A DNA stretch of 64,000 bases from the NCBI RefSeq assembly GCF_964355755.1, contig NC_092677.1, forward strand, positions 26,213,175 through 26,277,174, given 5' to 3'. The notes under the pieces were generated by a model. That model did no database searches and was not told the DNA's origin. It saw nothing but the letters and a program-made list of their open reading frames with translations. Of the stretch, positions 61,101 through 64,000 are shown in pieces (position 1 is the stretch's first letter; every line of letters begins with the position of its first letter). Source of the DNA: Antedon mediterranea (lineage: Eukaryota > Animalia > Echinodermata). The position numbers and the translations under genes were made by a program.

Positions 61101-64000
61101 GTTAAAAAATATACTATAAAAATGCATTTCTTATTTTATTTTAAAAATCATCAGTCTCCTCTCCTTAATTGCTAAGTCACACAGCTGACTTAGGCAGAAA
61201 CACAAAAAACGATCTGAGCATGTGCAAATGTATATAAAAGCACTCAGATAATGTACAGAGTGCAGTATAATGATACAAGCAGTGAGTTAGGCAGATCATA
61301 AGTTAGCTCTCCTTAATTGCCTAAGTCACACAGCTGAATTAGGCAGAAACACAAAAAATATAGTCTTTTGATATAAGCAGTGAGTTAGGCAGAAAAACAA
61401 AACACAAATTATGACTTAAATACTTAGTATATTAATATAAGCAGTGAGTTAGTCAGAAAAAAAAATTATGTCTTAGACACTTTTGTTATGAGGCTGTCGA
61501 TATCATCTATATACAAAAAAATGCTACCTTTAAGTAACAAAATTTAATAGCATCAGCTCTTCAGATTAAAATTAACACTGATGAATTTAGAAAAGGAAAG
61601 TAGCAATAAAAGCGAATGAATTTATAACAAATGGGTTAAAAAATATACTATAGAAATGTATTTCTTATTTTATTTAAAAAATCCTGAGTCTCCTCTCCCT
61701 AATTGCCTAGTCAGAAAAAAAAAATAAGTCTTAGACACTTAACAAAACGATCTGAGCCTGTGCAAATGTATATAAAAGCACTCAGATAATGTACAAAGGG
61801 CAGTATAATGATATAAGCAGTGAGTTAGGCAGATCATAAGTCAGCTCTCCTTAATTGCCTAAGTCACAAAGCTGACTTAGGCAGAAACACACAAAATATA
61901 GTATATTGATATAAGCAGTCGGTTAGGCAGATCATAAGTCAGCTCTCCTTAATTGCCTAAGTCACACAGCTGACTTGGGCCGAAACCCAAAAAATTTTAG
62001 TATATTGATATAAGCAGTGAGTTAGGCAGAAAAAAAATTATAACTTAGATACTTTTGTTATGAGGCTGTAGATATCATATATATACAAAAAATGCTACCT
62101 TTAAGTAACAAAATTTAATAGCATCAGCTCTTCAGATTAAAATTAACACTGATGGTTTAAAAAAAAGAAAGTAGCAATAAAAGCGAAAGAAATTGTAACA
62201 AATGGGTTAAAAAATATACTATAAAAATCATAAGTTAGCTCTCCTTAATTGCCTAAGTCACACAGCTGACTTAGGCAGAAACACAAAAAATATAGTATTT
62301 TGATATAAGCAGTGAGTTAGGCAGAAAAACAAAACACAAATTATGACTTAAATACTTAGTATATTAATATAAGACACTTAACAAAACGATCTGAGCCTGT
62401 GCAAATGTATATAAAAGCACTCAGATAATGTACAAAGGGCAGTATAATGATATAAGCAGTGAGTTAGGCAGATCATAAGTCAGCTCTCCTTAATTGCCTA
62501 AGTCACAAAGCTGACTTAGGCAGAAACACACAAAATATAGTATATTGATATAAGCAGTCGGTTAGGCAGATCATAAGTCAGCTCTCCTTAATTGCCTAAG
62601 TCACACAGCTGACTTGGGCCGAAACACAAAAAATGTAGTATATTGATATAAGCAGTGAGTTAGGCAGAAAAAAAATTATAACTTAGACACTTTTGTTATG
62701 AGGCTGTCGATATCATATATATACAAAAAATGCTACCTTTAAGTAACAAAATTTAATAGCATCAGCTCTTCAGATTAAAATTAACACTGATGGTTTAAAA
62801 AAAAAGAAAGTAGCAATAAAAGCGAAAGAAATTGTAACAAATGGGTTAAAAAATATACTATAAAAATGCATTTCTTATTTTATTTTAAAAATCATCAGTC
62901 TCCTCTCCTTAATTGCCTAAGTCACACAGCTAACTTAGGCAGAAACACAAAAAACGATCTGAGCATGTGCAAATGTATATAAAAGCACTCAGATAATGTA
63001 CAGAGTGCAGTATAATGATACAAGCAGTGAGTTAGGCAGATCATAAGTTAGCTCTCCTTAATTGCCTAAGTCACACAGCTGACTTAGGCAGAAACACAAA
63101 AAATATAGTATTTTGATATAAGCAGTGAGTTAGGCAGAAAAACAAACACAAATTATGACTTAAATACTTTTATTATGAGGCTGTCGATATCATCTATTTA
63201 AAAAAAATGCTACCTTTAAGTAACAAAATTTAATAGCATTAGCTCTTCAGATTAAAATTAACACTGATGGTTTTAGAAAAGGAAAGTAGCAATAAAAGAG
63301 AAAGAATTTGTAACAAATGGGTTAAAAAACACACCATAAAAATGTATTTCTTATTTTATTAAACAGCTGACTTAGGCAGAAACACAAAAAATATAGTATA
63401 TTGATATAAGCAGAGAGTTAGGCAGATCATAAGTCATCTCTCCTTAATTGCCTATGTAACACAGGTGACTTGGGCAGAAACACAAAAAATATAGTATATT
63501 GATATAAGCAGTGAGTTAGGCGGATCATAAGTCCGCTCTCCTTAATTGCCTAAGTCAAACAGCTGACATAGGCAGAAACACAAAAAATGTAGTATATTGA
63601 TATAAGCAGTGAGTTAGGCAGATCATAAGTCAGCTCTCCTTAATTTCCTAAGTCCCACAACTGACTTGGGCAGAAACACAAAAAATATAGTATATTGATA
63701 TAAGCAGTGAGTTAGGCAGATCATAAGTCAGCTCTCCTTAATTTCCTAAGTCCCACAACTGACTTGGGCAGAAACACAAAAAATATAGTATATTGATATA
63801 AGCAGTGAGTTAAGCAGAAAAAAAAATTATGTCTTAGACACTTTTGTTATGAGGCTGTCGATATCATCTATATACAAAAAAGTCTACCTTTAAGTTACAA
63901 AAGTTAATAGCATTAGCTCTTCAGATTAAAATTAACACTGATGATTTTAGAAAAGGAATGTAGCAATAAAAGAGAAAGAATTAAAAAAGCATGAGTCTCC
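28131..64000 (+). repeat. Complex modular satellite DNA array (>35.8 kb, continues past the window end); units of 98, 150 and ~315-330 bp sharing a palindromic core
   Basis: The core TGCCTAAGTCACACAGCTGACTTAGGCA recurs at measured periods of 150 (32341/32491/32641), 98 (28753/28851) and 327 (30242/30569). I saw no transposon insertion in this block. Confidence 0.97.

Noticed and set aside
28131-64000. CRISPR-like appearance (constant palindromic repeat separated by variable sequence)
   Set aside because: The intervening sequences are a few recurring modules rather than unique spacers, their lengths vary about 4-fold, there are no cas genes, and the context is a spliced eukaryotic genome.
28131-64000. 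TTAGGC hexamers as telomeric repeats, or a CENP-B box
   Set aside because: TTAGGC occurs only as isolated copies within a longer motif, never tandemly, and no 17-bp CENP-B box consensus was seen.

Overview
AT-rich eukaryotic (animal, probably marine invertebrate) genomic DNA at a gene-to-satellite boundary. Positions 1-20.7 kb hold two intron-rich + strand genes: the last four coding exons of a PTP1B/TC-PTP-type tyrosine phosphatase (PTPN1/2) and a complete 26-exon 5-oxoprolinase (OPLAH, 1296 aa by my exon reconstruction). Their introns are full of MITEs, SINE fragments and minisatellites. About 415 bp after the OPLAH stop a complex satellite begins in minus orientation (21.08-26.44 kb). It is interrupted by a nested pair of decayed RTE-X-like LINEs and ends at a DINE-1/HINE-like element fused to a truncated PIF/Harbinger transposon. 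Beyond that junction the same satellite runs in plus orientation for ~36 kb to the window end. The satellite is modular: a constant palindromic core alternates with a small set of interchangeable modules, giving 98, 150 and ~315-330 bp units in irregular order. No prokaryotic features, CRISPR, rRNA or intact tRNA genes are supported. All family assignments are from motif recognition; no searches were run.
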